DNA of 64,000 nt from Callorhinchus milii (GCF_018977255.1 NW_024704743.1:40302001-40366000); one strand, 5' to 3'. Shown: positions 25,051-38,078, counted from the stretch's first letter. Program-made: numbers and translations. The notes: a model not told the origin generated them from the letters alone.

Positions 25051-25339
25051 TGGAAATTTGTCTTAGAAAATCAACTTTTCTTTTAGTTTTTCATCCAGGC
25101 TCTGCTTAATTTCGTAACATAGTTGAAATCTTCACCTCTTGCCTTGACTTTTCCAAACTTTCAATTACATCTCTCTGCCCCCCAGCCTCCCAGTGTTCAC
25201 ACTTTATCTTTGTAAAGTGCTTTGAGATGTTTTCTAAATGATAAGGCGCTATATCAAATGCAAGGAATATTATGTACTATTATTATTGTTGTTGCTGCTG
25301 CTAATGGTGGAGTGTACAACAAACCAACTGTTAATAGGG

Positions 25340-25565
25340 GAACACAGAAAATCTTTACACAAAGGGTTAGAGAACAAGTATTGTAATACTTCAGAAGGTC
25401 TTTGATACAGATTCAATTGAGACGTTCAAAAGCGAGTTTGAAAAATATTTGATAAGTAAGGATATCAGTGTTCTGAAAAAAGAGAGAGGAGGTGGAATTA
25501 AAGAGAGTTACCATTGACTTAATAGTAGAGCAAGACTGACAGGCTAAGTGGTGTTCTCCTGTACC
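25340..25565 (+). mobile_element. Old CR1 3' end
   Basis: FTQR..., FKSEFE-like C-terminus; ends ttctcctgtacctatg. Confidence 0.5.
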
Positions 25566-26852
25566 TATGTCCCCTGGAAGAATGGAGGAGTGGTCGCGTG
25601 ACATTTTTCACACTGGTGGTGTAATTCTAATGGTGCACTATGCCTGTCGTACTCTGCCCACTGTTGTTCAATCCTCCACAAGATCTCCATCGCTGCTCCT
25701 TAAGATAATGGCAAATGCAAAAGTTTTGCATTAACTCATTTATATCATCAGTGTCAAGTTTAACATTTCAATACCACTGCTGGCAATGCTACTGCTCAGA
25801 AAATGAATCCTTTTATGTTATGTTCACATGAGATAACATTTCCTTACACTATGTACCAATCTGGGTTATATACTTCAATTGCCTGTATGAAATTAACACT
25901 AATGCTGTGTAATTACAAGTATGTGATCCTCTCTTGATATATGTGCTTGAAACTCTCCAGTGGTACGTTGGTAACATTAGACTTTGACTGGCCACACTTT
26001 TCACTGATGTGTTAATTAACACTGATGTTAATTGCCAGTGTTAATTAATAAATCAGAGGTTGCAATTTTCATCCCAATATCACACTGATGTGCTGCCTGA
26101 ATTCTATATAAGCATGATACTCATTATGACTTAATTGGTAACATTCTTGCTTCTAGGTGAGAATAATGTGGGTTCAAGGCCTATTAGGGGACTGTCAATC
26201 TAGACTGACACGCCAGTATAGTATTGCATGAACACGACATTGTTAACATTGACATTGTTTGATGAGATATCCCACCTGTGTATTCAGGTGAGCATTAAAT
26301 AAACCGTGGCTCTGATGCTCCAGATTAATTGATCCTTCACTTTACTTGGGATATTGTTGTATGCCAATGTTTTCTTTACATTTCCCTAAACAAAAACAAT
26401 CATTCAATATGTCTCAAAGCACCTAACAGTGCTTTGATCCACAGTGACATAAGGTATTATGAAAATACAAGCTCTTTCATTGAGTTCTTAGAGGAGACAA
26501 TGGTTGATTTAATAATCTTTTTCACTGGCATTCAACAAACTCGTCCAATGTTTGTCAAATGGATCCTGCAATAGAGAGTATAAAACTCCAAAGTATTCAG
26601 GGCTAAATATCTTTTTGAATGCAAACCGAACAGTACAGTGAAAACATGCTCAATTTGGAGCTTGAAATTTTATATCTCCCTGCATAAGGTGATGCAGTCC
26701 TGCATTCCAATAACCACAAAAACTTGCATTTATGTAGCATCCCTCAGATGGGGTAGCATCTCTGAGTGGCCAAACCAAGAAAAAGTGGAGGTCGCCATTG
26801 GCATGGCCAAAGAGGAAAGTCTTCAAGTGTGACAAAAAGGGAGCAAGGTAAA

Positions 26853-29339
26853 CAACAACAACAACAACAACAAGATTCCATTTATAGAGCGCCTTTCACG
26901 TCAGGAGGACATCCCAAGGCGCTGCACAGTTGGGTCATGACCCGAGCAGGGGGGAAATGGTCAGGGTGAGGGGAGGGAAGGGAGGGAGAGAGGAGGGGGA
27001 AATGGTCAGGGTGAGGGGAGGGAAGGGAGGGAGCGAGGAGGAGGAAGAGAGTCGAGAGGGGAGCTGAAGGCACGGTCAAAGAGAAAGGTTTTGAGACCGG
27101 CCTTGAAGGAGGAAAGGGAGGAAGCAAGGCGAAGGCACTGGGGGATGGAGTTCCAGAGCCTCGGGGCTGAGAGGCTGAAGGCCCGACCACCGATAGTAGG
27201 GCGGTTGGGGCGGGGGACGTGGAGCAGACCGGAGCCAGAGGAACGGAGGGTACGGGCAGGTAGGTAGGGGGATAGTAGGTTGGAGAGGTAGGAGGGAGCA
27301 AGGCCGTGAATGGCCTTGTAGGTGAGGATGAGGATCTTGAAATCAATCCTCTGGGGGATGGGGAGCCAGTGGAGGCGAGCGAGGGTGGGAGTGATGTGGT
27401 CCCGAAGCCTGGTGCGGGACAGTACACGAGCTGCAGAGTTCTGAATGACCTGCAGCTTGTGGAGGGAGGTGGCGGGAAGGCCGGCGAGGAGAGAGTTCCC
27501 ATAGTCCAGCCTTGAGGTGACAAAGGCGTGAACCAGGGTTTCAGCAGCGTGAGGGGTGAGGTAGTGCCGTAGTCTGGCGATATTCCGGAGGTGATGGAAG
27601 GCGGTGCCAGTTGTGGTGCGGATGTGAGGGAGAAAGGACAGCTCAGGGTCGAACAAAACGCCGAGGTTCCTGACTGGCTTTGAGAGGTGGAGAGTGCAGC
27701 CTTGGATGCTGATGGTGTCAGCGCCTGAGGTGCGGAGGCGCTGACGTGAGCCAATCAGGAGGGCCTCGGTTTTTCGCACGTTGAGCTGAAGAAAGTTGTC
27801 TCTCGTCCAGGACTCGATGTCGGACAGGCAGGCTGTCAGGACATCGGTGGTCGTGGAGTTGAGAGTAGAGGAGGAAAGGTAGAGTTGGGTGTCATCCGCA
27901 TACATGTGGAAGTTAACCCCATGTTTGCGGATGATGTCACCGAGGGGGAGCATATAGAGGGTGAAGAGGAGGGGACCGAGGACAGAGCCCTGAGGGACAC
28001 CACATGAGACAGTACGGGGGGTGGAGGAGAAGCCATTCGTTGAGACGAAGTGAAGACGGTGGGAAAGGTAAGAGCTAAACCATTCAAGGACAGTGCCTTG
28101 AAGGTTGAGGTGGGAGGACAAGCGGTGGAGTAGGATAGCGTGGTCGACCGTATCGAATGCTGCCGATAGGTCGAGGAGGACGAGGAGACAGAGGGAGCCC
28201 TGGTCACAGATAGTCAGGATATCATTGGTGACCTTGACCAGGGCAGTTTCTGTGCTATGAGCAGCACGGAAACCTGACTGAAGGGGTTCAAAAAGAGAAT
28301 GGGTGGAGAGGAAAGAGCGCAGTTGGGAGGCGACAACTCTTTCCAAGACCTTGGAGAGAAAGGGGAGGTTGGAGATGGGCCGGTAGCTTGATAGCTGCGA
28401 CGCATCAAGGGAGGGTTTTTTCAGGGTGGGCGTGATGATGGCAGTTTTTAATGGAATGGGGACAGAGCCAGAGGAGAGGGACAGGTTTATGATGTCAGTG
28501 ATGTGTGGGGCAAGAAAATGGAGCTGGGAGATAAGGAGTGGAGTGGGGATGGGGTCAAGGGAGCAGGTGGTTGGTTTTAGGGATAGGATGAGTTCAGTGA
28601 CAGAGGGTGGGGAAACGGGTACGAAGGTGTGTAGGGGAGGATGGGTAGGAGTCGGAGTGTGGGAGGGAAGGGGTGGGTGGTGGGTGGAAGTTGGAGGGGA
28701 AGTGACCGCGGAGCGGATTCCCTTGATCTTGGATTCAAGGAAATCCAGCATCTCCTCGCAGTGAAGGTTGGAGGAGATGACCTGCGCGGGGTGGCGGGGG
28801 GGACGGAGGAGTCGGGATGTGGTGGAAAACAGTAGCCTGGGGTTGTTCTTCGCCTCCAGGATTATCCTGGAGTAGAAGGACGACTTGGCCGAGGCTAGAG
28901 TGGAGCGGTAAATTTTGAGGAGGTCCAGCCAGATTTGTCGGTGGACCGTTAAGCCGGATTTGACAAAGGTGCGCTCAGCAGCCCGCACCTGGCATTTCAG
29001 TGAGCGGAGGTGGGTGGTGTACCAGGGGGAGGAGCGGGAGTAGGAGACAGTGCGGGAAGTGATGGGGGCAAGAGTATCGAGTGTGGAGGAGAGGATATTG
29101 TGGAGGAGGGAGAGAGGAGAAGAGGGGTCGGTGAGGGTTGAAGGCCAGAGGGAGAGGAGTTCAGAGGACTCCAAGGCATCGGTTAGGGATTGTGGGGGTA
29201 ACTTCTTCCAAGGGCGGTAGAAGATGGTGGTGGGTCTGGTGGAGGTGGGGAGGGGGGTGGAGGTGGTGAAGGAGATGAAGTAGTGGTCGGAGATGGCCTT
29301 GTCGGTAATAGTGACATCCGAGACACTGAGGCCCCGGGA
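26853..29339 (-). mobile_element. Young 5'-truncated L2 LINE (~2.5 kb)
   Basis: Intact ORF, CpGs retained, (TTG)n tail, candidate 4-bp TSD taaa (26849-26852 / 29358-29361). Confidence 0.97.
27006..29339 (-). CDS. L2 ORF2 (end of APE endonuclease + reverse transcriptase), N-terminally truncated, 777 codons open
   Basis: [71 protein letters not shown]. Confidence 0.93.
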   Translation of the reverse strand, partial: SRGLSVSDVTITDKAISDHYFISFTTSTPLPTSTRPTTIFYRPWKKLPPQSLTDALESSELLSLWPSTLTDPSSPLSLLHNILSSTLDTLAPITSRTVSYSRSSPWYTTHLRSLKCQVRAAERTFVKSGLTVHRQIWLDLLKIYRSTLASAKSSFYSRIILEAKNNPRLLFSTTSRLLRPPRHPAQVISSNLHCEEMLDFLESKIKGIRSAVTSPPTSTHHPPLPSHTPTPTHPPLHTFVPVSPPSVTELILSLKPTTCSLDPIPTPLLISQLHFLAPHITDIINLSLSSGSVPIPLKTAIITPTLKKPSLDASQLSSYRPISNLPFLSKVLERVVASQLRSFLSTHSLFEPLQSGFRAAHSTETALVKVTNDILTICDQGSLCLLVLLDLSAAFDTVDHAILLHRLSSHLNLQGTVLEWFSSYLSHRLHFVSTNGFSSTPRTVSCGVPQGSVLGPLLFTLYMLPLGDIIRKHGVNFHMYADDTQLYLSSSTLNSTTTDVLTACLSDIESWTRDNFLQLNVRKTEALLIGSRQRLRTSGADTISIQGCTLHLSKPVRNLGVLFDPELSFLPHIRTTTGTAFHHLRNIARLRHYLTPHAAETLVHAFVTSRLDYGNSLLAGLPATSLHKLQVIQNSAARVLSRTRLRDHITPTLARLHWLPIPQRIDFKILILTYKAIHGLAPSYLSNLLSPYLPARTLRSSGSGLLHVPRPNRPTIGGRAFSLSAPRLWNSIPQCLRLASSLSSFKAGLKTFLFDRAFSSPLDSLPPPRSLPSLPSP

Positions 29340-29944
29340 TTGAGGGATTGAGGGATCTAAAGGGATTGAGATAGGGTGTTCCAGAGGCTCGGGGCATAAA
29401 GGCTGAAAGTAGAGTAGAGTAGAGGGCTTGAAGGACATGCAGAAGACCTAAACTGGCTGAGCAAAGGGGGCACGTAGAGTTGGAGTAGAATATAAGCAGG
29501 TCTGAAAGATGGGGGAGATGCCACAGTATGATGAGGTTTGTAGGTGTGGATTTTTAAATCAATCTGTTCTGCAACAGGGAGTCAGCAAAGCCTGGGGTGA
29601 TGGTGATGCAGAGTTTGGTGCAGGTGAGGATATGGGCTGCAGAGTTTTGAATTAGGTGGACTTTGTGGATGATGGAGCTGGGGAGATTATTGAGGAGTGT
29701 GATTGAGAAATCAAGGTGAGAAGTGACTAAAGCATGGATGAGGATTTTGGCAGCAGCATTAGGTATGAAGTATGGTCAGAGATGGGTCAAGTGGCAGTAG
29801 TGGAAAGCAATCCCTGTCGGGGACTGGACAACTTATGATTGAACCTGATGCCTAGACTGCACTCAAGTTGGTGAGTTGGGGTTATAGACTCGGGAGATAA
29901 AGGAAGACAGAGCTGCAGGTGAGAAGATATTGATGGGAGCCAAG

Positions 29945-30580
29945 GAGACTGGCTGCCTTCTTGTCCATGTAAACTCTTGTTCCGGGTCCTATCCTTGGAG
30001 ATCTCCTTGGAGCTGAACTGGCTCCAAGGTGACATGCCTAGCAAAGGAATTTCGGAATCAAGTTGGTCCTCTGCGGTGGTCTCGGCAGTCTGGTTCCTGA
30101 ACCCAATGGGTCTGCAGTTTTAGGGGCACTGCTGATGATACCACAGCTGATGGCTCATTGGTAGAACTTGGAAGGGCAGACCAGTCACTGGGAGCAGGGA
30201 GTCATCCCACTCAGCTCCTGTTAACCTTTCAAGCCAAAGCTCTAACGGTGATGATGGTCCTAGCTGGACAAACAGCTGCAACGTTTGTTGGACAGCAATA
30301 TCAATGGCACGTTATGCAGTTTTAGCTGGTTAGACTCCAGCAGTACCCCAATCCACACACTGTGGTCCCCAAATCTTGCCAACCTGCCCCAAATACTTTC
30401 TGGAATCGGATAAGCAGGATGAGTCCTTCTAAAGAGAGAGTACGCATTCCATTCCAACAATCTATCTCTGGATTTTCCATGTGTAGGTGAGATGAATGGA
30501 AATCTCAGCCTGGTTTGGATGCCTTAAGCATGGTGATGGTTTTCTCCATGTGTCAAGACACCTGGCTGACCAAAAAAAAA
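29945..30580 (+). repeat. Unclassified dispersed repeat ending in an A-tract
   Basis: 30375-30580 aligns in reverse to 46913-47125; left boundary uncertain. Confidence 0.6.
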
Positions 30581-30784
30581 TTGCTTTCTGCGGAAGCAAT
30601 GGTTTTTTATCATTATAACAGCTTTAGTAAATCAAAGGTAGTTACATAATAGATTAAGCACTGGATTGTTGTTTCCAGAATCAGTGTATCATTTTCTTAT
30701 TCAAGCAAATCATGAAGTTCCACATATGTACGTCACCTAAATTTCCTTGTGCTGGGAATAAAATGCAATAGAATAGAATCCCAT

Positions 30785-31050
30785 CCTTCGAACAAGTCGT
30801 TAAACCAAGGTCTGATCTGCCTGTTCAGCTGGATGTTAAAGATCCCATGGCATGATTCAAAAAGAGAAGGGAGGCTCACCCAGTGTTCTGGCCAACAATC
30901 CCCCAAATAAAACTGGTCATTCAGTTCATGGCTGTTTGTGTGACATTTTTGTGTGTAAATTGGCTCCATGTTCACCTGCAAGATATACAGTAAATCCTGT
31001 AAATGTTCTTTGATAAATCCTTGCAATATGTAAGGTGCTCTATCATTTAC
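30785..31050 (+). mobile_element. DeuSINE-like fragment
   Basis: gttaaaccaagg...ggatgttaaagatcccatggca...cagtgttctggccaacaatccc. Confidence 0.75.
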
Positions 31051-31789
31051 GAGGTTTATACTAACATCAAAAATGTCCTCTCAAGACACTGCTGGGAAGC
31101 TTTTCTTGTATTGTTTCTGGTTACCTTTGCTTTCCCCTTTTGATTTCAATTTAGTGTTATTATCTATTTTTAATAACCAGCTAGATGTTTCAGATGCCAC
31201 GTGCACACTTGTGGCATGAAAAGATTTGTGTGTTGCGCACTGATGGAGCTCTGTAGCTGTGTGCTGCCCTGCCTGTGCCCCTTGGTTCGTTTCTTGCCTC
31301 AGTCCAATAAACTGCTCTGCTGAGGTTAGGAAGATTTGAAATGTGTTATAGTGTTTTAAAATGAGTTCACATATTTGGCAAATGCTATCACTACTGTATT
31401 ACTACCTTGCTGGGAGCACAGCTATGATAATGGATTTGAATATGACATTTATGTTGCATCCACATCTCTAAGATAGAAATGCCAAAGCCATTTGATTGAA
31501 ACTATCTTAGTCATCAGTTTGGCCAGATGTCAATTGGATATAAAGCCATTTCACTCTAATATTAACACAGTAGCTAAACCGCTAATCCAAGAAAAATATG
31601 TTAAATGCTCTCTTCTTTCCTGGGTTTAAATCATGCTATCACTGTCTTGTGGGATTTAGCCTGTCAAAATTAATAGCAGACCTGTAATTGCAATGAGTGG
31701 AACCAGGAAACTGACACCAAGCAAAAATACACATTACACTTAAATGAACTGTCTAAATGAGGATTACTCCACTTGCTCCATTCCCTACT

Positions 31790-34700
31790 TGAGCCTCTCC
31801 AGTCCGGTTTCTGCCCTGCCCACAGCACTGAGACCAGGGCTCATCAAATTCACAAATTATGTCTTCTATCTCTGTGACCAGGACTCCCTCTGCCTTCTTT
31901 GCTCCTGGAACGCTGCAATCAACACAGTCGATCAGATTATCCTCTTCTACAACTTCTCCCCACCTCCTCTCCTCCCTCATCCATCTCAGTGGACCCACAT
32001 TTGCCTGGCTCGAGTTCTATTTAACCAACCACCATCACTTTATCTCTGCCAAAGTTTTTTCCTCCTGCCCCCATAGAGTCATTTGTGTCATACCCCAAGG
32101 CTCATTCTATAAATGAAAAAGGAAATAAGACAAGCAAAGAGATTGTAGGAGAAAAGATTAATGGGTAACATAAAAGGAAACTCTAAGGTAAAGAATAAAA
32201 GGTTAGTCAAAGGTAGGGTGGGTCCAATTAAGGACCAAAGTGGGAATCTTCTTGTGGAGGCTGAGGACATGGCTGATGTATTGAATGAGTACTTTGAATC
32301 TGTCTTCACAAAAGAAGAGGATGCAGCCAATGCCATATATCACAGGAGAGTGTAGAAAAATTGGATAAGGTAAGAATAAACCGAGAGGAGGTACTAAAAA
32401 GGTTGTCGGTGCTCAAGGTAGATAAGTCACCCAGTCCAGATGGGATACATCCTCGGTTACTGAGGGAAGTAAGGATGGAAATAATGGAGGCTCTGGCCAC
32501 AATCTTTTATTCTTCCTTGGTGCCAGAGGACTGGAAGGTTGCAAATGTTACTCCCCTGTACAAAAAGGGGCAGAAGGATAAACCTGGGAACTACAGGCTA
32601 GACAGCCTAACATCAGTAGTGGGGAAACTTTTAGAGACTATAATCCGGTACAAAATTAATTTTCACTTAGAAAAATATGGGTTAATAAAGGACAGCCAAC
32701 ACAGATTTGTTAAAGACGAATCATGCCTAAAAACCTGATATAGTTTTTTGATGAAGTAACAGAAAGAGTCGATGAAGCCATGCAGTTGATGTTGTTTATA
32801 TGGATTTTCAAAAGACTTTGGATAAAGTGCCACATAAGAGACTTGTAAGAAAAATAGAAGCCCATGGTATTAAAGGGATAGTGGCAACATGGATACAAAA
32901 CTAGCTGGGAGACAGAAAGCAGAGAGTGGAGGTGAACGGTTGTTTTTCTGACTGGAGGGAAGTGTGCAGTGGTATCCCCCAAGGGTCGGTATTGGGACCA
33001 CTGCTGTTTTTGATCTATATAAATGACCTGGACTTGGATATAGAGAGCACAATTTCCAAGTTTGCAGATGATAGTAAGCTAGAAAAAGTAGTAGACAGTG
33101 AAAAGAATAGTAGCAGATTGCAAATGGACATAGACAGATTGCTAAAATGGGTAGATGAAACTTAATGTGGAGAAATGCAAAGTGATTCATTTTGGGAGGA
33201 AGAATGAAGAGAGGCAATATAAGCTAGATGGTAGAATCTTAAAGGGTGTGAAGGAACAGAGAGACCTGGGGGTTCATATAAGTAAATCTTTGAAGGTGTC
33301 AGGACAGGTAGATAAAGCTGTTAAAAAAGCATACGACATACTAGGCTTTATAATTAGGGGCATGGAATACCAAAAACAGAAAGTTATGATGAACCTTTAT
33401 AAAACACTGGTTAGGCTTCAGATAGAGTATTATGTTCAGTTCTGTGCACAACACTTTAGGAAGGATGTCAAGGCATTGGAGAGGGTGAAAAGGAGATTTA
33501 CCAGGATGGTACCAGGAATGAGGGACTTCATTCATAGAGTGGTTAGGATTATTCTCCTTGGAATAGAGTAGGTTAAGAGGAGACTTAATAGAAGTTTTTA
33601 AAATTATGATGGGATTCCATAGGGTGAACAAGGGTAAACTGGCAGGTGGGGGTCGGTAACCCGAGGACTTCGATTTAAAATAGTTGTTAAAAGAAACAGA
33701 GGGGAGGTGAGGAGAATTGTTTTCACACAGCGAGTTGTTTGGATCTGGAATGCATTGCCTGAAAGGGTGGTGGAAGCCAATTCGATAACAACTTTTAAGA
33801 GAGAAGTAGATAATTATTTGGGGACAAGTTTGCAGGGCTATGGGGAGAAAGTAGGGCAGAGGGATTGAATTGGATGGCTCTTTTCAAAGAGCTGGCACAG
33901 ACATGATTGGCCGAATGGCCTCCTTCTGTGGTGTATAATTCTATGATTCCATGAAGGCAGATCTGGTGGTGAAAAAGGTACAAATGAGAGAGACTCCTGG
34001 CAGAGGGAACTATTTGGGGAAGACAAGTTTGCAGGGCTATGGGGAGAGAGCGGGGCAGTGGGATTGATTTAGATAGCTCTTTTAAAAGAGTCAGCACAGA
34101 CAAGATGGGCCGGATAAACTCCTTCTGTGCTGTATAATTCTATGATTCTACGATTCCATCCTTGGTTTGCTTCTATTCCTCATTTACTTGCTCCCTCTCA
34201 GTGATGTCATCCACAGACATGGAGTAAACTTCCACATGTATGAATTTGACATCCAAATTTACTTCGCCTCTTCCAGCTGTGACTCCAATTTTGCTGTTGT
34301 TCTGTCTGTTGGATATTAAGGCATGGATAAGTGCAAACATCTTTAAAACTGAACATCGATAAGGCAGAAGCCATACTTCTTGCCTCCCATCAACATTTTC
34401 TCTTTTGTATCTCTAACCTGCTCAACCTACCTAGCCTTTCCCTAAGACTAACTGAATCTGCTTGTAACCTTGGCATCAGGTTCGATCCACAACTGTCCTT
34501 CCTACCCCACATCCAGTTCCTAACCAAGACTGTTTTCTTCCACATTCGTCTTATTGTCCGCCTCTAACCTCACCTCACACCCAATGCAGCTGAAACTCTC
34601 ATATATGCCTTTGTCATCTCCCATCTTGATTACTCCAATGCCTTCCTCATCGGTCTTCCCAGCTCTACTATCCACAAACTCCAACAAATTCAGAACTCCG

Positions 34701-35176
34701 CCACCTGTATACTCACCCACTTTAATCTCCCTACCCCTGTCACACCAATCCTCGCCAGACTCCAATGGCTTCCTATCCAGAATGGATCGATTTCAAGATC
34801 CTTTCACTCGTCTACAAATCCCTTCATTCACTGGCACCTCCCTACTTCTCTGATCTGTTTTCTCCCAACTCGACTATCCACCTCTTCCACTCGGCTGGCT
34901 ATGTCCTCCTGCTTCACACTTGTCCACTCTGCTCCACCTTCGATGGCCGTGCTTTCAGCTCCTCAGCCCCAAAACCTTTGAACTCTCTCCATCAATCCTT
35001 CTACCTTGCCCCCTCCTTCCTCTTTTTCAGATCATTCCTGAAGACCTTACTCTTCAACCGTGCATTCAGTCATCTCCTCCCTCTCCCATTTCATCGTCAG
35101 GCTCCGACTCTGTTAAGCATTCCAAGAGGATACTCTGTTTGAAGGGCACAATAAGTGCAAACTGTAGTTTGTTGTT
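31790..35176 (+). mobile_element. Old L2 split by a CR1 insertion
   Basis: ...VIPQGS at ~32103 resumes as ILGLLLFLIYLLPL...HGVNFHMY at ~34158; C-terminus and tail to ~35176. Confidence 0.85.
32110..34156 (+). mobile_element. CR1 LINE, 5'-truncated, frameshifted RT, duplicated 3' end
   Basis: [63 protein letters not shown]; (ATTCTATG)n tails. Confidence 0.95.
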
Positions 35177-37684
35177 GACTCAGCCCTCAGGCACAGTCAC
35201 ACAGTGTTGTTATTAAACATCTTCACATAGAAATGGGTCACTCCTGAAATAGATTGTGTCATGTAACATGGGCGATTCTACTGCTCTGTACTGCTCTGTA
35301 ATTTTATGGAGCTCAGTGGTATACCAGTTTTTTTAATAATATTTCCAACTATAAACTCACACCACCAATGCGCCCGTGTGTAGTGATCATCAGAGAATGA
35401 TCCCAAAGCTGCTCAGTGCTCGATTATCATTATGAGGGCCTCCAATAGTCTGGAGGTACTGTACTGAACTGCACAGTCATTGTTGAAAGATCCTCCTAAA
35501 AATAGTTTCTCAAATCTTGTAGAGAATGAGACTCCTTAACAGAATATTATATTAAATGGAAGTGGCACCTGGTTTAAAGATATACAATGTACTTCTCTGC
35601 TGTTTTAAAGGATCGATATTCCATTTGGTGCAGCACTGGGCTATGTAGAGTAGGCAGATGCTTCCTGTTCTGTGTTGTTTTTGTTTATCTAAGCTAGGAA
35701 GCAATCGGGGGATGTTGGGTGGTGCGGGTTCTATTCTACAATTAGCCTCAGATATCCAGAGTAAGAGGCGGGAGATATATGCAAAATGTTTCGGGTTGTA
35801 TTGCAAAATAGTAGCCCCTGTGGAAACTGACATGAGCAACCTGCTCCCAGACTTCTGCTAATGTAATTTTATAACCGTCTTCAGGGAGGTGCACAGGAGT
35901 GGAACAGATTGATTTACCACATAATCTGCTATCGACTTGTGGAGAAGCACGTTTCCTCTGCTCCAAGACTGCTTCTGGTTGGCATGACTGAACCCAGCCT
36001 TTCACCATATGGGGAATGCAATCAGAAATACACTTCTTATTGCTGTGTGGTACACAAGCTGTGTGCCACACAATGATTTGATACATTAGCACACTGCACC
36101 ACTGGACTACCATTAATTATCTCTTTTGTCAGAATAAGTACTTGTAGCTGAGAGACAATACATTGGGGATAATTAGAGCATACCTGCACAGCATGTAGTT
36201 CCAACGTGCAGTTCATCAGTGTAAACATTTAAAGATTTTGTGCATTACTGATATGATGGTTGAAATTCCACCTACTATTAGCCTGTAAATTCATCTTATC
36301 TCATAATTTACAATCATGCAGAAGTATGAAAAATTCTTCCAATTAATCTTTATTTCTAAGCTTTCTTACAGTTCTTAAAAATATCTAACTACTTAACTAT
36401 GACTGAATTTTAAATAAATCCATGATTAACTAATAATAATTAATAATAATCGCTTTTGACATAGCGCCTGTGCTCTCAAAACATCTCAAAGTGTTCCACA
36501 GGCCTTCACTGTAAAATGAAGCAATTGTGTATTTTATTGACAAATTCTACATTATCTTAAATGTTATGGCCTTCTTGACTAAAGACTTTCAGATGGACTT
36601 TCAAATCTCTGGACATAAGAAGGGGGAAATGGTATGGTTAATGGCAGTGTGGTAGGAAGTTGGAGGATGGTTTAAATCTGGAAATTTGTTGGAAGTGGAG
36701 AATTTAACTCTGACTGATCCTGAAATCAGCAAAGAAGCAATTTCACTGCAGTGTGCAGGAAAGTCTTAATTGGTGCCTGGAAAATGCATTAAATGGCATT
36801 TAATTGGGTGAAGGCTGAAAACATGCTGTGCCAAGACTTCCTATCTTCCTACACATGATGTGAGTTAAGGCATCATTTTACTATACATAAGCACCAAAGT
36901 GACATTGTGTCCCAGAGTTTGTGTAAATTGCCTTACAAATGTGTCAACACATTTTGTGGGATGTGTGTTTGATTTAAGAATGTTTAAAACAATCTGATGT
37001 CATTATAAACCAACTGCATGTAACTCAAAATGCTTGTGTCCTTGTAAGGTTGCTTGTCTCATACCTGTGTATGCAGAAATGGATATGCATTAAGGAAGTA
37101 CCTACTGTTGACAACACCCCATTCATAAATGTTTAACTTGTCGATGTTCTGCCACTCAGCTTAGATACCAAGATTTTAATGAACAACTGTGAACCATAAC
37201 AAATTCATGACTGAGAGATTCTGATAAGAAAGCGATTCATAATCCTTTATGGCTCAGTTCTCAGTTCATGAACAATACCGCCAGTAAAAGTTGCTCACGA
37301 AAGGAAATTACAGCAAAAATTATAGCAATTAAGAGAATGCAGAAAGTGAGAATTTTGTTTAATTAAAAGGACTGTTATCATCATATCCCAAGGCCATGAG
37401 CCATACATGTGCAAAGTTAGAAAATGTGTTTTTGCACAGTCTCTTGAAATGGCAATAAGGGCTTAATTTGCGATACTGTATTTGTAAATGGGTGGGAATT
37501 ATTAATTGCAAATTCCATGAGCCATCAAACTGGGAGAAAAAGGAAATTCGACAGTTGAGAGGAGGTGGTATTTTGCTTTCTATCCTCACTCAGTTTGTAG
37601 CACTCAAGTTTTCTGGGATGCCACCCTGTGTGAGGGGTGCCATAGAAATGCAAGTTATTGTTTTCGTTGTTGTTGGATCATAAT

Positions 37685-38078
37685 CTTCTGGGTTCAAGTC
37701 CCACCTCGGAACCTTGGGTTTGCAGTCCAGGTTGCCACTTGGCTGCAATGCTGGTGGAGGGCTGCATTATCAGGGGTGTCATTCTTCAGATGTGATGTTA
37801 AATTGAAGTCCTGTCTAGCCACTCAAGTGGATGGTAATAATCGCATGGCACAAATTGGGAAGAAGAGGGAGTTTCTCCTGGTGTCCTGGTAAAGAATCCC
37901 CTAGATAAATTCATAATTTTTGTGTGTACAATTACATGGAATCATAGAAACAGGCCATGTTCTTGCCTGTCACATTTGTTTACCAATACACTGTCAATTT
38001 ACAGAAATTCCCTGTGAAATGCTTTGAGATACTTTCAACCTAATAGGTGATATATCAATTGCAAGGATTATTATTATT
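37685..38078 (+). mobile_element. DeuSINE-like SINE
   Basis: B box gggttcaagtcc, Deu-like body, TTA tail. Confidence 0.7.

Larger units (their letters stand above)
26716..29930 (-). mobile_element. Old L2 3' portion, host to the young L2
   Basis: Tail at 26716-26850 continues collinearly at 29358-29930. Confidence 0.75.

Noticed and set aside
26882..27754. 290-aa Ser/Pro-rich ORF and other alternate-frame or antisense ORFs over L2s
   Set aside because: Shadow frames of the C-rich L2 ORF2, with no independent evidence
29340..29438. ATG and first 33 aa of the 810-aa ORF as a true L2 N-terminus
   Set aside because: This part is junction repeat plus host old-L2 sequence; the ATG is probably fortuitous and most of the endonuclease is absent
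31216..31323. 35-aa Cys-rich micro-ORF MKRFVCCALMELCSCVLPCLCPL...
   Set aside because: Too short, TG-rich composition explains the cysteines, no recognisable family
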